Origin: an uncultured delta proteobacterium
Lineage (GTDB): Bacteria; Desulfobacterota; Binatia; UBA9968
Length of the DNA: 64,000 bases
Assembly: GCA_963745035.1 (NCBI GenBank)
Contig: CAVUVW010000015.1
Span: forward strand, 256,001 to 320,000
Direction: 5' to 3'
The notes beneath the pieces were generated by a model. That model saw nothing but the letters and a program-made list of their open reading frames with translations. It was not told the origin of the DNA and did not search any database. The number at the start of each line of letters is the position of its first letter. The stretch's first letter is position 1. Below, piece after piece: positions 1-9,989 of this stretch. The translations under genes were made by a program, and so were the position numbers.

Positions 1-192
1 TTTGAACTGAATGCCCTTGAGCTCGGGAATTTTTTTTATATTGACCAGCGTCTTCGGCTGATAAAGCCCCTGCTTCATCAGAATTGTCATATGCGCGCCG
101 CCGGCGAACACCTTGGCATCGCTGCCGTGCTGCTTGAGCAAGGCGCACGCTTCAGAAACCGAAGTGGGTTCGAGATAATCGAAGTTTTTCAT
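1..192 (-). CDS. Molybdenum hydroxylase (CoxM/XdhB-like) FAD-binding subunit, N-terminal part; runs off the window edge
   Basis: Manual translation from ATG at 192: MKNFDYLEPTSVSEACALLKQHGSDAKVFAGGAHMTILMKQGLYQPKTLVNIKKIPELKGI, matching the FxYxxPxS...AGG pattern of CoxM-type subunits; not in ORF track. Confidence 0.85.
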   Translation of the reverse strand, partial: MKNFDYLEPTSVSEACALLKQHGSDAKVFAGGAHMTILMKQGLYQPKTLVNIKKIPELKGIQFK

Positions 193-219
193 CGTCCCAA
201 GGTTAGAAATAAACAGAGG

Positions 220-298
220 CGTCATTCCGGCCAACCCCGGATCATAGTCCGGGGTAGCGCGAGCCGGAATCCAGGACTCCGAAGAAACACTGGATTCC
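220..298. repeat. Palindromic intergenic element (GTCATTCCGG...CCGGAATCCAG...CTGGATTCC type)
   Basis: Nested inverted repeats ATTCCGGC/GCCGGAAT, ACCCCGGA/TCCGGGGT, GGAATCCAG/CTGGATTCC. Confidence 0.7.
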
Positions 299-346
299 TT
301 GCGCGCCGAGCATCACGGCCTTAGTTCCAGCGAGCTACTCCCCACA

Positions 347-1693
347 TCAGATGTATTTCACCTTATCGACGCCGGGAATTTCGACCTTCTCGAATCTCCA
401 GCGATCTTTCATCGGCGCCGTGGCATCGATGCCCAATCCTGCGGTGACCCGCGCTTCGGGGCACGAAGGATCGAGCGTTGAGCACGCGAGATTGGGAATG
501 ATGATCGCGTCCTTATCCGCCTGAAACCGCGTCGCCATCGCCCAATCGACCTGCATCGGATCGAACGGATCGATGTCCTCATCGACCACGATCACCTGCT
601 TGAGCCCTATGCCCATCGAAAGCAGGGCCAGGATGACGTTGCGTCCTTCATTTTCCGCGCGCTTCTTGATCGACACCACGACGTGATGGCGAAAGGTTCC
701 ACCGGGCGTCATGTTGACCCCGCGCACTTCCGGCACGATCTTTTTTACTTCACGATACACCACCGCGGCGTTGCCGTATTCGATCAAGGTGTGATTCTCC
801 GTCACCGGCATGCCGGTGAGGGCAGTCTGCCAGATCGGATTCTTACGCATCGTGATCGCCGTGACTTTGAGCACCGGCGCTTGCTTGGCTTCGCTGTAGC
901 AGCCGGGATATTCGCCGTAAGGTCCGTCGGCAACCCGCTCGCCGGGAATCGTTATACCTTCGATCACGACTTCGGCGAAGGCCGGCACCTCGACATCGAT
1001 GGTTTCGCACTTGGTCAATTTCACGGGCGCGCCGCGCAGCGCCCCGGCGATGTGAAACTCGTCGATGCCGAACGGCACTCGCGCCTGCGAGCCGACTACG
1101 ATCGCGGGATCGACCCCGATTGCGCTCGCTACCTCCAAGCCCTTTTTCTTCTCCTCCGCCATCAAGATCATGCGGCCCAAATGGTGATCGGCCGGCGCCC
1201 ACAGAGAAAGCCGATCTTTACCGAGCACCAGCATGCGATGGATAGACAGATTGCGAATTCCGGTAGCGGGACTTTTACCGACCTGCACCCCGATCGTCAC
1301 GTAGGCACCGCAGTCTTTGTCCGCGTGCGTGACGATCGGCAGCTTGGACAGATCGACCTGATCGCCGGTCCATCTGATTTCCTTGCACGGCGCCGTCGAA
1401 ACCATCTCCGGCGGGATGTGCTTATCTTCGAGCGTCATGTAGCGCTCGAGCATCTGCTCTTGCGGCACGCCGAGGCCGAGCGCCACGAGTTTTCGGGTCG
1501 CGAAAAGACCGCCCAATACACGCCAGCCCGGATAACCGCGCACGTTTTCAAACAGCAGCGCCGGCCCTCCTATGTCGGAGGTCTTGCGCATGCCCGCGGC
1601 GATCTCGTACTTGACGTCGACTTCGTCTTTGACGCGCAGTAACTGCTTCTGGCTTTCCAGGTGAGTTAGAAAACCTCTGAGATCTTCAAACAT
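347..1693 (-). CDS. UbiD family prFMN-dependent (de)carboxylase
   Basis: DLRGFL..LE, PALLFENV, DGPYGEYPG, VIVVDEDIDP, WAMATR, GIDAT motifs. Confidence 0.93.
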   Translation of the reverse strand: MFEDLRGFLTHLESQKQLLRVKDEVDVKYEIAAGMRKTSDIGGPALLFENVRGYPGWRVLGGLFATRKLVALGLGVPQEQMLERYMTLEDKHIPPEMVSTAPCKEIRWTGDQVDLSKLPIVTHADKDCGAYVTIGVQVGKSPATGIRNLSIHRMLVLGKDRLSLWAPADHHLGRMILMAEEKKKGLEVASAIGVDPAIVVGSQARVPFGIDEFHIAGALRGAPVKLTKCETIDVEVPAFAEVVIEGITIPGERVADGPYGEYPGCYSEAKQAPVLKVTAITMRKNPIWQTALTGMPVTENHTLIEYGNAAVVYREVKKIVPEVRGVNMTPGGTFRHHVVVSIKKRAENEGRNVILALLSMGIGLKQVIVVDEDIDPFDPMQVDWAMATRFQADKDAIIIPNLACSTLDPSCPEARVTAGLGIDATAPMKDRWRFEKVEIPGVDKVKYI

Positions 1694-1713
1694 GGCGAAA
1701 CCTCGAAATCTAA

Positions 1714-1803
1714 TTGGAGTGATGGAGTGTTGGAGTACTGGAACGATGGGTTTCGGAGTCCGAATCCCATTACTCCATCACTCCAGCACTCCAATACTCC
1801 AAT
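1714..1803. repeat. Inverted array of 8-bp tandem repeats (TGGAGTRN x4 / NYACTCCA x4)
   Basis: tggagtga tggagtgt tggagtac tggaacga ... tactccat cactccag cactccaa tactccaa; second copy at 21845-21928. Confidence 0.85.
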
Positions 1804-1824
1804 CTTCTATCAACCCTCCCATCG

Positions 1825-2809
1825 TCAGTTCAACCGCAACAGCGGCAGCACTTCTTCGACAAATCGCTTCACCTGCCCGAGCTGATCCTTGGCCGTAAAG
1901 CGGAGCACAGGAGTGGTGATGCCCATGTCGATCCATTCTTGGATCAAACGCGCGCAGTCCTTCGGCGGGCCGTGCGCGAGCCAGACTTTGATCAAACTTT
2001 CCGGCGGATAAGTCGGACCGTAATAATGATTGAAGTAATCCTTGGCCTGAGCATAGGCGGCATGCTTGTCGTCGTCGATATTGACCATGCCGTGAATCGC
2101 TACTTCGAAGTTGGACAGGTCCTTGCCGATCTCTTTCGCAGTCTGTTCGATGACGGTTAATCGTTTCTCCAAGCTCTTCGGCCGTCACGCCCATGGTGAT
2201 GTAGCCGTCGGCAAGCACACCGACCCGGCGCATCGCTCCATCGACCACTTTGTCGCCCACCTGTTCGCGCTCGGGACTTACGGCGATCCAGATCGGCGGC
2301 GGTTTCTGCACCGGCTTGGGCACGATGTTGTAGCCTTCGAGCGTGTAATACTTGCCGCGATGCACGACTTCGTCGTCGCTCCAGATTTGCCGCAAGAGCT
2401 GGATGCCCTCTTTCATGCGCCCGACCCGCTCTTCGCGCTTGACGCCGAATGCTCTCAGCTCGCCTTCATGCGCGCCGCCGATGCAGACGCCGAGCAACGT
2501 TCGGCCTTGGGAGACTTGATCGAGCGAAGCCCATTGAATGGCGAGCAAGACGGGGTGCCGAACGGGGAACGACGCCATGCAGATCGTGCCAAGGCGCACT
2601 TTGCGGGTGTGAGTCGCCACGGCCGCGAGCATAGTGATCGCTTCGAGGCGCGGCTTGTGGATCAAGCTGTCGCCGAACCAAACCGATTCGAACACGCCGG
2701 ACTGCTCGGCCACTTTGGCGGTTTCGATGAGCTCATCGACGTCGGTGAGACCGAACAGCGCGCCGCGATTTGGCAGGCTGATGCCCCATTTGACCGGCAA
2801 TTTTCGCAT
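1825..2809 (-). CDS. LLM-class flavin-dependent oxidoreductase (one frameshift near 2175)
   Basis: ESVWFGDS, LAAVATHTRKVRLGT, PKPVQKPPPIWIA; C-terminus continues in ORF 1825..2172 (GPPKDC...RFVEEVLPLL). Confidence 0.88.
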
Positions 2810-2826
2810 CGCAATTTGCCCACTGC

Positions 2827-2856
2827 ACTGTAAAGAGAACCCCTCTCGGCTGTCAA
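2827..2856 (-). promoter_or_regulatory. Putative sigma70 promoter for the LLM-UbiD-CoxM unit
   Basis: Minus strand TTGACA-N18-TACAGT shortly upstream of ATG 2809. Confidence 0.45.
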
Positions 2857-2873
2857 GCAAACTGCTATTTTTC

Positions 2874-2956
2874 ACCGCGGAGAATCAGAGGTCGCAGAGT
2901 TCGGAATATTCCTCAACAACACACTCTTATCTCGGCGTACTCCGCGCCTCTGCGGT
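2874..2956. repeat. Inverted-repeat element with degenerate 9-bp units (ACCGCRGAG...CTCTGCGGT)
   Basis: accgcggagaatcagaggtcgcagag ... ctcggcgtactccgcgcctctgcggt. Confidence 0.7.
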
Positions 2957-3004
2957 CAGTTCTTCATATGCCTTGGCCATCGCGAAACACCCGACGAACT
3001 CGGC

Positions 3005-3036
3005 TTGACAGGGGCGCGCGATTGCGCGCATAGAAT
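3005..3036 (+). promoter_or_regulatory. Putative promoter with 20-bp spacer and internal dyad
   Basis: TTGACA-ggggcgcgcgattgcgcgca-TAGAAT upstream of GGAGG RBS and ATG 3100. Confidence 0.45.
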
Positions 3037-3099
3037 GACACAAGAGCAGCGCGGCGCATGGCCGCGGAGAGCGCGAAACTGAGCCGGAGGTAAGTCCAA

Positions 3100-4533
3100 A
3101 TGCCCAAAGATTTTCGTAGTTATCTGGACGAGGTGCTGGAGAAGCGTCCCAAAGATGTCGTGGTCGTCGACAAGGAAGTCGATCCGCGTTATGAAGCCAG
3201 CGCGATCGTCGAGAAATACGAGCGCAAAAACGAATTTCCCCTGGTGTTTTTCAAAAACATCAAGGGCTCGAAGATGCCCCTGGTGATGAATCTCGGGGCC
3301 ACTTACGAGCGCTTGGCTCTGTCCTTGGGCTCGCCCTCGGTGCCGCAGATGGTCAAAGATTTGGCGCACCGGGAGCACAATCCGAGGCCGGTAAAAGAAA
3401 TCCCCGCGCGAGACGCGCCGTGCAAGGAAGTGATCTTGAAGGGCGACGCCGCGGATCTGGATCTTTTACCCGTGCTCACCATCAACGAGGGCGACGCCGG
3501 CGCTTACGTCAACGCCGCGGCGATGATTTGCAAGGAGCGCGACACCGGCTCGGTCAACGTCGGGATTTACCGGCACCAGAAGCAAGGCAAAAGACAGCTC
3601 GGCCTGATGGTCAACCCGGCCAATCACGCCAACTATGTCCGCGCAGAATACGAAGATCACAACGAACCGATGGAAGTCGCGCTGGCTATCGGCCACCATC
3701 CGGCCTTGAACATGGCCGCCGTCAGCAAGCAAGCCGGCGTCGGCTCGGAGCTGGAGATCGCCGGCGCGTTCTTGGGCGAGCCGCTCGAAGTCGTCAAGGC
3801 AGAGACGGTCAATCTCATGGTTCCCGCCCGCGCCGAGATCATCATCGAAGGCATCGTGCCGCCGAACAAGCGCCATTATGAGGGGCCGTTCGGTGAATGG
3901 CCGCACTACTATTATAAGGAGGGCGAACAGCCCTACATCGAAGTGACCGCCATCACCATGCGGAAAAATCCCATCTACCAGTGCATCCACAGCGCGCATT
4001 TCGAGCACAACATCATCGGCGCCGCGCCGCGGCTGGGCAGCCTGCTCAAACGCATCCAGGAAGTCGTGCCCAGCACCACCGGTGTCAACATGCCGATCTC
4101 CGGCGCCGCCCGCTCGCACTGTTACATCTCGGTCAAGAAGCGTGCAGAAGGCGATCCCAAGCAGGCCGCATTAGCAGCGCTCGTCACGGACCCAAACATC
4201 AAGCATGTCATCGTCGTCGACGACGACGTCGATGTGTTCAATGAAACTCAAGTGCTTTGGGCGCTGGCGATGCGGTTCCAGGCCGATCGGGATTTGGTGA
4301 TCATTCCCAATATCATCGGCTCGCATTTGAATCCCACGGCCTACGGTTTCAACCGCATGGAAAAGGGGCCCATGGAAACCAAATTGATCTTCGACGCGAC
4401 CAAGCCGCTGCCGCCCTATCATTTTCCCAAGGAAGCGCAGGCGCCCGACGAGGTGCTCAACAGAATCGATCTCGCGCGCGACACCCGGCCCTACGAGCCG
4501 GGGAAAGATGACAAGGCGATCACGGGCCAATGA
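3100..4533 (+). CDS. UbiD family prFMN-dependent (de)carboxylase (second paralog)
   Basis: DFRSYL, NVGIYR, AEIIIEG, EGPFGEW, VIVVDDDVD, FDATKP; GGAGG RBS. Confidence 0.93.
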   Translation: MPKDFRSYLDEVLEKRPKDVVVVDKEVDPRYEASAIVEKYERKNEFPLVFFKNIKGSKMPLVMNLGATYERLALSLGSPSVPQMVKDLAHREHNPRPVKEIPARDAPCKEVILKGDAADLDLLPVLTINEGDAGAYVNAAAMICKERDTGSVNVGIYRHQKQGKRQLGLMVNPANHANYVRAEYEDHNEPMEVALAIGHHPALNMAAVSKQAGVGSELEIAGAFLGEPLEVVKAETVNLMVPARAEIIIEGIVPPNKRHYEGPFGEWPHYYYKEGEQPYIEVTAITMRKNPIYQCIHSAHFEHNIIGAAPRLGSLLKRIQEVVPSTTGVNMPISGAARSHCYISVKKRAEGDPKQAALAALVTDPNIKHVIVVDDDVDVFNETQVLWALAMRFQADRDLVIIPNIIGSHLNPTAYGFNRMEKGPMETKLIFDATKPLPPYHFPKEAQAPDEVLNRIDLARDTRPYEPGKDDKAITGQ

Positions 4534-4540
4534 AAACAAG

Positions 4541-4649
4541 GTTCAAAAAGTTCAAGCCGTTCAAATCGTTCAAGCCGTCCGAGAACCGCCCGGAGGTCTA
4601 AACGTCTTGAACGGATTGAGCGTTTTGAACGACTTGAACACGTTGAGCC
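4541..4649. repeat. Inverted array of 9-bp tandem repeats (GTTCAANNN / NNNTTGAAC)
   Basis: gttcaaaaa gttcaagcc gttcaaatc gttcaagcc ... gtcttgaac ggattgagc gttttgaac gacttgaac; second copy at 9101-9216. Confidence 0.85.
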
Positions 4650-5437
4650 AAAATCCCTTGGTCGAGATCTGCGGCGTCTCAAAGAGTTTTCACAAAACCG
4701 TCAAAGAACAGACAACGGAGGTCAAGGCATTGGCGGATGTGAGTCTCTCCATCCGCGAGAATGAGTTTATCAGTATCATCGGCCCGAGCGGCTGCGGCAA
4801 AACCACTCTGCTCAAAATGATCGACGGCTTGATCCCGTACGATAGCGGGAAAATTCTCATAGACGGTAAGCAGGTCACCGCGCCGGGCCCCGACCGCGCG
4901 GTCGTATTCCAAGCTTTCGCTTTGTTGCCATGGCGCACGGTGCTCACCAACGTAGAGTTCAGCCTCGAACTGCGCCAAATACCCAAGGAGGAGCGCGCGA
5001 AGACCGCGCGCGATTACTTGAAGCGAGTCGGTCTCGCCGACTTCGAGAATCACTATCCTCACGAGCTTTCCGGCGGCATGCAGCAACGCGCCGGGCTCGC
5101 GCGCGCCCTGGCGGTCAATCCGTCAATCCTGCTGATGGACGAACCCTTCGGCGCCGTCGACGCGCAAACCCGCCAACTTTTGCAGGAAGAGCTTCTGGAG
5201 TTGTGGCAGCGCGAGCGCAAGACGGTGATCTTCATCACGCACAGCATGGATGAAGCGGTCTATCTTTCCGATCGTGTCGTCGTGATGACGCCTCGGCCCG
5301 GAAAAGTGGCGGAAATTCTCGACGTGCCCCTGGCGCGTCCGCGCGTGTCCGAAGAGGTGCGCCGCGACAGCAAATTCGTCGACTTGACGAACTACATTTG
5401 GGAGAGCCTCAAGAAGGCGATGGAGAACCATCATTGA
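4643..5437 (+). CDS. NitT/TauT-family ABC transporter ATP-binding protein (start uncertain)
   Basis: Walker A GPSGCGKT, signature LSGGMQQR, Walker B LLMDEPF, ITH. Confidence 0.92.
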   Translation: MSQNPLVEICGVSKSFHKTVKEQTTEVKALADVSLSIRENEFISIIGPSGCGKTTLLKMIDGLIPYDSGKILIDGKQVTAPGPDRAVVFQAFALLPWRTVLTNVEFSLELRQIPKEERAKTARDYLKRVGLADFENHYPHELSGGMQQRAGLARALAVNPSILLMDEPFGAVDAQTRQLLQEELLELWQRERKTVIFITHSMDEAVYLSDRVVVMTPRPGKVAEILDVPLARPRVSEEVRRDSKFVDLTNYIWESLKKAMENHH

Positions 5438-6189
5438 ATAGTCGCGTCAGCGCGAACTTTCTTTCCTTCCTGTCTCTGGCGATCCTATGGGAAGTCGTGG
5501 GGCGTGCAATGGATTCGACCTTGATTCCGCCATTGTCGCAGATCGGCGCGGCATGGTGGAAGCTCCTCAGCAGCGGCAAACTGCTCTCCAACCTGAGCAT
5601 GAGCCTCATCACCTTGGCCATCGGATTTTGCCTGGCAGTAGTCGTCGGTGTCGTTCTCGGACTTCTCATGGGACGCTTTCGCGCCGTCGAGCATTTTCTG
5701 GACATCTACGTCAACGCGCTGATGTCCGCGCCGAGCACCGCGTTCGTGCCCGTGCTTATCCTGTGGTTCGGTCTCGGAGTGGAATCGCGCATCGCGGTGG
5801 TGTTTCTCTTCGCGGTGTTCGTCATCATCATCAACACCATGACCGGGGTTAAACAGGTCGACAATGTGCTCGTTGAGATGGCGCGCTCCTTCGGCGCGAG
5901 AGAAAAAGAGATCTTTTTCATGATCATCGTCCCCGCTGCCTTGCCGGCAATCATGGCCGGCCTGCGGCTTGGCATCGGCCGCGCGGTCAAAGGCATGGTT
6001 ACTGCGGAAATGTTGCTTACCCTCACCGGCATCGGCGCCATGATCATGCAGTACGGCTCGGCCTTCGCGACCGATTCGCTCTTCGCCGTGATCCTTACCA
6101 TTCTATTGATAGCATTATTGACCATGAAGGCGGTGCAATGGCTCGACCGCCGGTTGACCGGATGGAAGGCCGAGATCGCGATCGAATAA
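5434..6189 (+). CDS. NitT/TauT-family ABC permease
   Basis: Hydrophobic; EMARSFGA EAA-loop, PAALPAIMAGLRLG. Confidence 0.92.
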   Translation: MNSRVSANFLSFLSLAILWEVVGRAMDSTLIPPLSQIGAAWWKLLSSGKLLSNLSMSLITLAIGFCLAVVVGVVLGLLMGRFRAVEHFLDIYVNALMSAPSTAFVPVLILWFGLGVESRIAVVFLFAVFVIIINTMTGVKQVDNVLVEMARSFGAREKEIFFMIIVPAALPAIMAGLRLGIGRAVKGMVTAEMLLTLTGIGAMIMQYGSAFATDSLFAVILTILLIALLTMKAVQWLDRRLTGWKAEIAIE

Positions 6190-6223
6190 GCATAAAAGAA
6201 ATTTGAAACCGGAGGACGTACCC

Positions 6224-7207
6224 ATGACTAATTATCTTGCGAGATTATCGATGGTGCTTTTAGCCGTCGCCGTTGGTTTCACCTGGGGTGCCGAAGCACA
6301 AGCGCAAAAGAAGGTGCGATTCGCCTACCCGTCGTCGGCGGACATGGGCGACATTCCCTCGCTGCTCGCCTGGGAGCAGCTCAAAAAGCAGGGCATCGAA
6401 GTCGTGCCGACATTCTTTCCCAAGACCGATCTTGCCGTCCAAGCTGTCGTTGCCGGGGAAGCTGACATCGGCTCCGCCGCCGGCATTGCCGTTATCAAGG
6501 CCGTCGAAAGCGGCATGAATATTCGCATTATCGGCGAGCAGGTGCGCAATGAATGGCAGCTCGTCACGCCGGTATCGCTCAAAGAGCCCAAACAACTCGA
6601 CGGCAAGCGGATCGGTTATCACGCGCCGATCACGGTGACCGAGGCTCTCGTGAAATGGATGGCGCAGCACTATAAAATCACGCCCAACTGGATGATTGTG
6701 CCGGGCTCGGACGTGCGCGCCGAAGCGTTGATGCGCGGTCAACTCGACGCGACGCCGGCTGAGATCGGCGATGTGCTCAATATTCTCAGCACCAAGCCCG
6801 GCCAGTTTCACGTCATGATCTCTTACGCCAAGACTTTTCCACAGCTCATCGGCTCGATGTATTTCGCGCGCGCCGACTACGTGCAAAAGAACGGCGCGGT
6901 CGTCGAGAGTGTGCTCGAAGCGATCCTCAGAGCGCACCGGAGCGCCGAAGAGCGACCGGCCTCAGTCAAAGAAAATGCTTTGAGGCTGCTGCCCGAAACC
7001 AAGCCGGAGCTGGTCGACGCCATCGCCGGAACTTACAAAGAACTCCGCATCTGGGACATCAACGGCGGCGCCGGCAAGGAGCGCGGCGACGCGAGCATCA
7101 AATTCTTCGAAGAATCGGGCCTGCTCAAGAAAGGCGCCGTAAGCTTCAACCAGTCCTTTGAAACCGGTCCGTTGGACAAAGTGCTGAAAAAGATCGGCCG
7201 CAAGTAA
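6224..7207 (+). CDS. NitT/TauT-family ABC substrate-binding protein
   Basis: Signal peptide (AEAQAQ), AVVAGEADIG, LDGKRIG, ALMRGQLDA. Confidence 0.9.
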   Translation: MTNYLARLSMVLLAVAVGFTWGAEAQAQKKVRFAYPSSADMGDIPSLLAWEQLKKQGIEVVPTFFPKTDLAVQAVVAGEADIGSAAGIAVIKAVESGMNIRIIGEQVRNEWQLVTPVSLKEPKQLDGKRIGYHAPITVTEALVKWMAQHYKITPNWMIVPGSDVRAEALMRGQLDATPAEIGDVLNILSTKPGQFHVMISYAKTFPQLIGSMYFARADYVQKNGAVVESVLEAILRAHRSAEERPASVKENALRLLPETKPELVDAIAGTYKELRIWDINGGAGKERGDASIKFFEESGLLKKGAVSFNQSFETGPLDKVLKKIGRK

Positions 7208-7211
7208 AAGC

Positions 7212-7961
7212 ATGAAGGCGAGCACCATCAGAATCATTTCGCTCTGCACGCTCGCCGCGATTTGGGAGATTGCCGGGCGGACGGGTAATGCGCACCTGCT
7301 TCCGCCGCTTTCCAAAGTCGTTACCGTCTGGGTCGAGCTGCTCGTCTCCGGGCAGCTCCTCCAGGCGATCGCCATCAGCTTTCAAGCTCTCGTCATTGGC
7401 TTTTTTGTCTCGGTGCTGGTCGGCGTGCCGCTCGGGCTAATGATGGGCCGCTACCGCAGGCTTGAGTCGTTTCTGGAAATTTACATGACGGCGCTGCTCG
7501 CGGTGCCGATGATTTCGTTCATTCCATTCCTGGTGATCGCCTTCGGTCTCGGCCTCCATTCCCGGGTTTGGATCGTATTTCTTTTTGCCTTCGTCATTAT
7601 CGTCATCAACACGACAGCGGGTGTGCGCAACGTGGATCCGACCCTGACCGAGATGGCTCGTTCTTTCGGTGCGCGCGAGAGCGAACTCTTTTTGAAAGTC
7701 ATTCTGCCCGCCGCCATGCCGATGATCATGGCCGGCATTCGCCTCGGCATGGGCCGCGCGGTGCTCGGCATGGTGACAGGCGAAATGATACTCGCCGCCG
7801 TCGGTTTCGGCGCCCTGCTGATGACGTTCAGCGCCTCTTTCAATTCCAGCGCGCTCTTCGCGACCATCCTCACGATCGTTTTACTCGCCGTCGCCTTGCT
7901 CGCGTTGATTCAATACTTCGATCGACGGCTGATGCCGTGGCGCGCCGCGTCGAGCCAATAA
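7212..7961 (+). CDS. NitT/TauT-family ABC permease (second)
   Basis: EMARSFGA, PAAMPMIMAGIRLG; paralogous to 5434..6189. Confidence 0.92.
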   Translation: MKASTIRIISLCTLAAIWEIAGRTGNAHLLPPLSKVVTVWVELLVSGQLLQAIAISFQALVIGFFVSVLVGVPLGLMMGRYRRLESFLEIYMTALLAVPMISFIPFLVIAFGLGLHSRVWIVFLFAFVIIVINTTAGVRNVDPTLTEMARSFGARESELFLKVILPAAMPMIMAGIRLGMGRAVLGMVTGEMILAAVGFGALLMTFSASFNSSALFATILTIVLLAVALLALIQYFDRRLMPWRAASSQ

Positions 7962-8090
7962 CTCGAGCTTTCGGCGCCGTCGTTTGCATCACGTTCACAG
8001 CGCGAGCATTGCGGATTGTCCCACAGGTAAAAGCATGTGATATTTGGCCGCCGAGTCCATTACCACGTGAACAAAATCGGAGGAGCACCG

Positions 8091-9094
8091 ATGAGATCGC
8101 GAATCATGCGACGCTTCGTCGCGCTGGCATGTCTTTGGTTGCTGGCAACAACAATTTCACCAGCCAAGGGCGAGGCGCAAGAAAAGCTCCGCGTCGCCTA
8201 CACGGTGATCGCCCCGACCCAGGCGACCTTGTGGACCGCCAAAGAGCTCGGCTTGTTCGCGAAGCATGGGCTGGATGTCGACCTCGTGCTTTTGGTCGGC
8301 GCGCCGCTCGCGGTTACCGCGCTGGTTTCCGGAGAAACTCCCATCGTGCACGCCGGCGCCTCCGCCGTGGTCACCAGCAACCTCCAGGGATCCGGCGCCG
8401 TGCTGGTGGCCGGCGGCGCCAACCGCTTCCCTTACGTGCTTTTCGTCACCGACGACATCAAGCGAGTGGAAGACTTGCGAGGCAAGAAATTCGGCGTGAG
8501 CCGCATCGGCAGCGCCGACAACGCTGCAGCAATCACGGTCCTCAACGGACTCGGCATCAAGGAAACTGAAATAACCTACGTGCAAGCCGGCTCGATTCCC
8601 GCGCGCCTAGCGGCGATGCAAACCAACGCGCTACAGGCGACACTCCTGCAGGCGCCGGAAACTCTCAAAGCCAAAGAGATCGGCATGCGCGCGCTGCTTG
8701 GATTTCACCAAGCTCGATGTCGAATGGCAGCAAAACGGCGTGGCCACTACGCGGGATTACATCAAGAAAAGACCTGACACCGTGCGCCGTTTTATCAGGG
8801 CGTACGTCGAGGGCAGCCACTACAATCTGACGAATCCCAAGGGCGCGCAAAAGGTCTTGCAAAAATATCTCGCGATCAAAGACGACAAATCCGTCCAGGA
8901 ATCCTATAACGAGATCGTCGCCAAGCTGACCCTCAAAGTTCCCTATCCTACCGAGCGCGGCATCCAGCTCTATCTCGACCAGTTGAAGATCAAGAACCCG
9001 AAAGCCGCTCAGGCCAAACCTTCCGACTTCACCGACGTCAGTTTTTTAAAGGAATTGGAGTCGAGCGGGTTTATCGACAAAATTGTACAAATAA
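8091..9094 (+). CDS. NitT/TauT-family substrate-binding protein (frameshifts near 8700 and 9080)
   Basis: GGAG RBS, signal peptide, GLFAKHGLDV, DLRGKKFGVSRIGS; continues in ORF 8698 to ..FLKELESSGFIDKLYK. Confidence 0.85.
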
Positions 9095-9100
9095 AAACAC

Positions 9101-9216
9101 GTTCACAACGTTCAAGCCGTTCAACGCTGCGCTCGAGTTCACAGGCTCCGGTCTTCTTCCGCGACGCGCGGATGAACGGCTTGAACGCTTGAACTTTTGA
9201 ACGATTTGAACACGTT
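9101..9216. repeat. Inverted array of 8-9-bp GTTCAA/TTGAAC repeats
   Basis: gttcacaac gttcaagcc gttcaacgc ... ggcttgaac gcttgaac ttttgaac gatttgaac, between convergent genes. Confidence 0.82.
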
Positions 9217-9850
9217 AGTTTTTATAAATCACTATTCTGAGATCTTTCCCCCGCCCGCCCTCCGGACACGCGCTGATGCCGACCAGGCAATCCATTTCGC
9301 AGCGCAGATCCATCATGTCGCCGCCGGGGCGAGGCCGGGTCATCGAATAGCGCATGCTGCCGGTCTTGGCGTTGATCACCATGGTTTGAAAAATGTTGAG
9401 CGGGCTCGGCACGTCTTCCTTGGCAACTCCGTGCGGCTTCAGCGCCTTGGCGAGGTTTTCCCAGCAGCCGTGCTTCGGCGCAACGACTTTTTTTCTGCCC
9501 AATCTTTTCCAAACGCCGCCGTATATCTTGAAAATCTCATCGCCCCACTTCTTGTAAAAAGACGTGCTGCACATGCCCTTCTCCATGTCGTGGGTGCCGC
9601 GATAGGTGTCTTTCACGATCGTCTGCATGACGTTGTTGTACTTGGAAATCAGCACGTCGCCCGTGGTGACATAAATTTTCCCCTGATCGACTTTGGTGCG
9701 CGCCTGGTCGAAGCGCTCTTTGACGTTATGCAGATTGAAGACGACATAGTCGGCCGTGGACTCGCCGATGACCCGAATGATCTGCCCTTTCTTGACCTCA
9801 AAAGTCTTGCCGCTGTTGCTCTTGACGATGGTCTCGCTGAGAATCTTCAT
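9215..9850 (-). CDS. DUF1989 / urea carboxylase-associated family protein
   Basis: FEVKKGQIIRV, HDM...CS, HGCWENL, PLNIF, SACP; GGAGG RBS before ATG 9850. Confidence 0.88.
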   Translation of the reverse strand: MKILSETIVKSNSGKTFEVKKGQIIRVIGESTADYVVFNLHNVKERFDQARTKVDQGKIYVTTGDVLISKYNNVMQTIVKDTYRGTHDMEKGMCSTSFYKKWGDEIFKIYGGVWKRLGRKKVVAPKHGCWENLAKALKPHGVAKEDVPSPLNIFQTMVINAKTGSMRYSMTRPRPGGDMMDLRCEMDCLVGISACPEGGRGKDLRIVIYKN

Positions 9851-9989
9851 CGCTTCCTCCGAGTGAAATAACCGCCAAGTTATCCATCGAGCGGAGCGAA
9901 TGCAAGAATTCTCGTCATTTTCCGCCGCAGATTGATTCCGAGTGAGCCGGCACGTATAAGCATGGATGTAAAACATCGAGGAGTTCGAA

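Noticed and set aside
4508-4642. Repetitive N-terminal extension (VQKVQAVQIVQAV..LNVLNGLSVLNDLN) of the ABC ATPase, and a 23-codon MKTRFKKFKPF ORF
   Set aside because: Both are translations of the 9-bp inverted repeat element, which recurs intergenically at 9101
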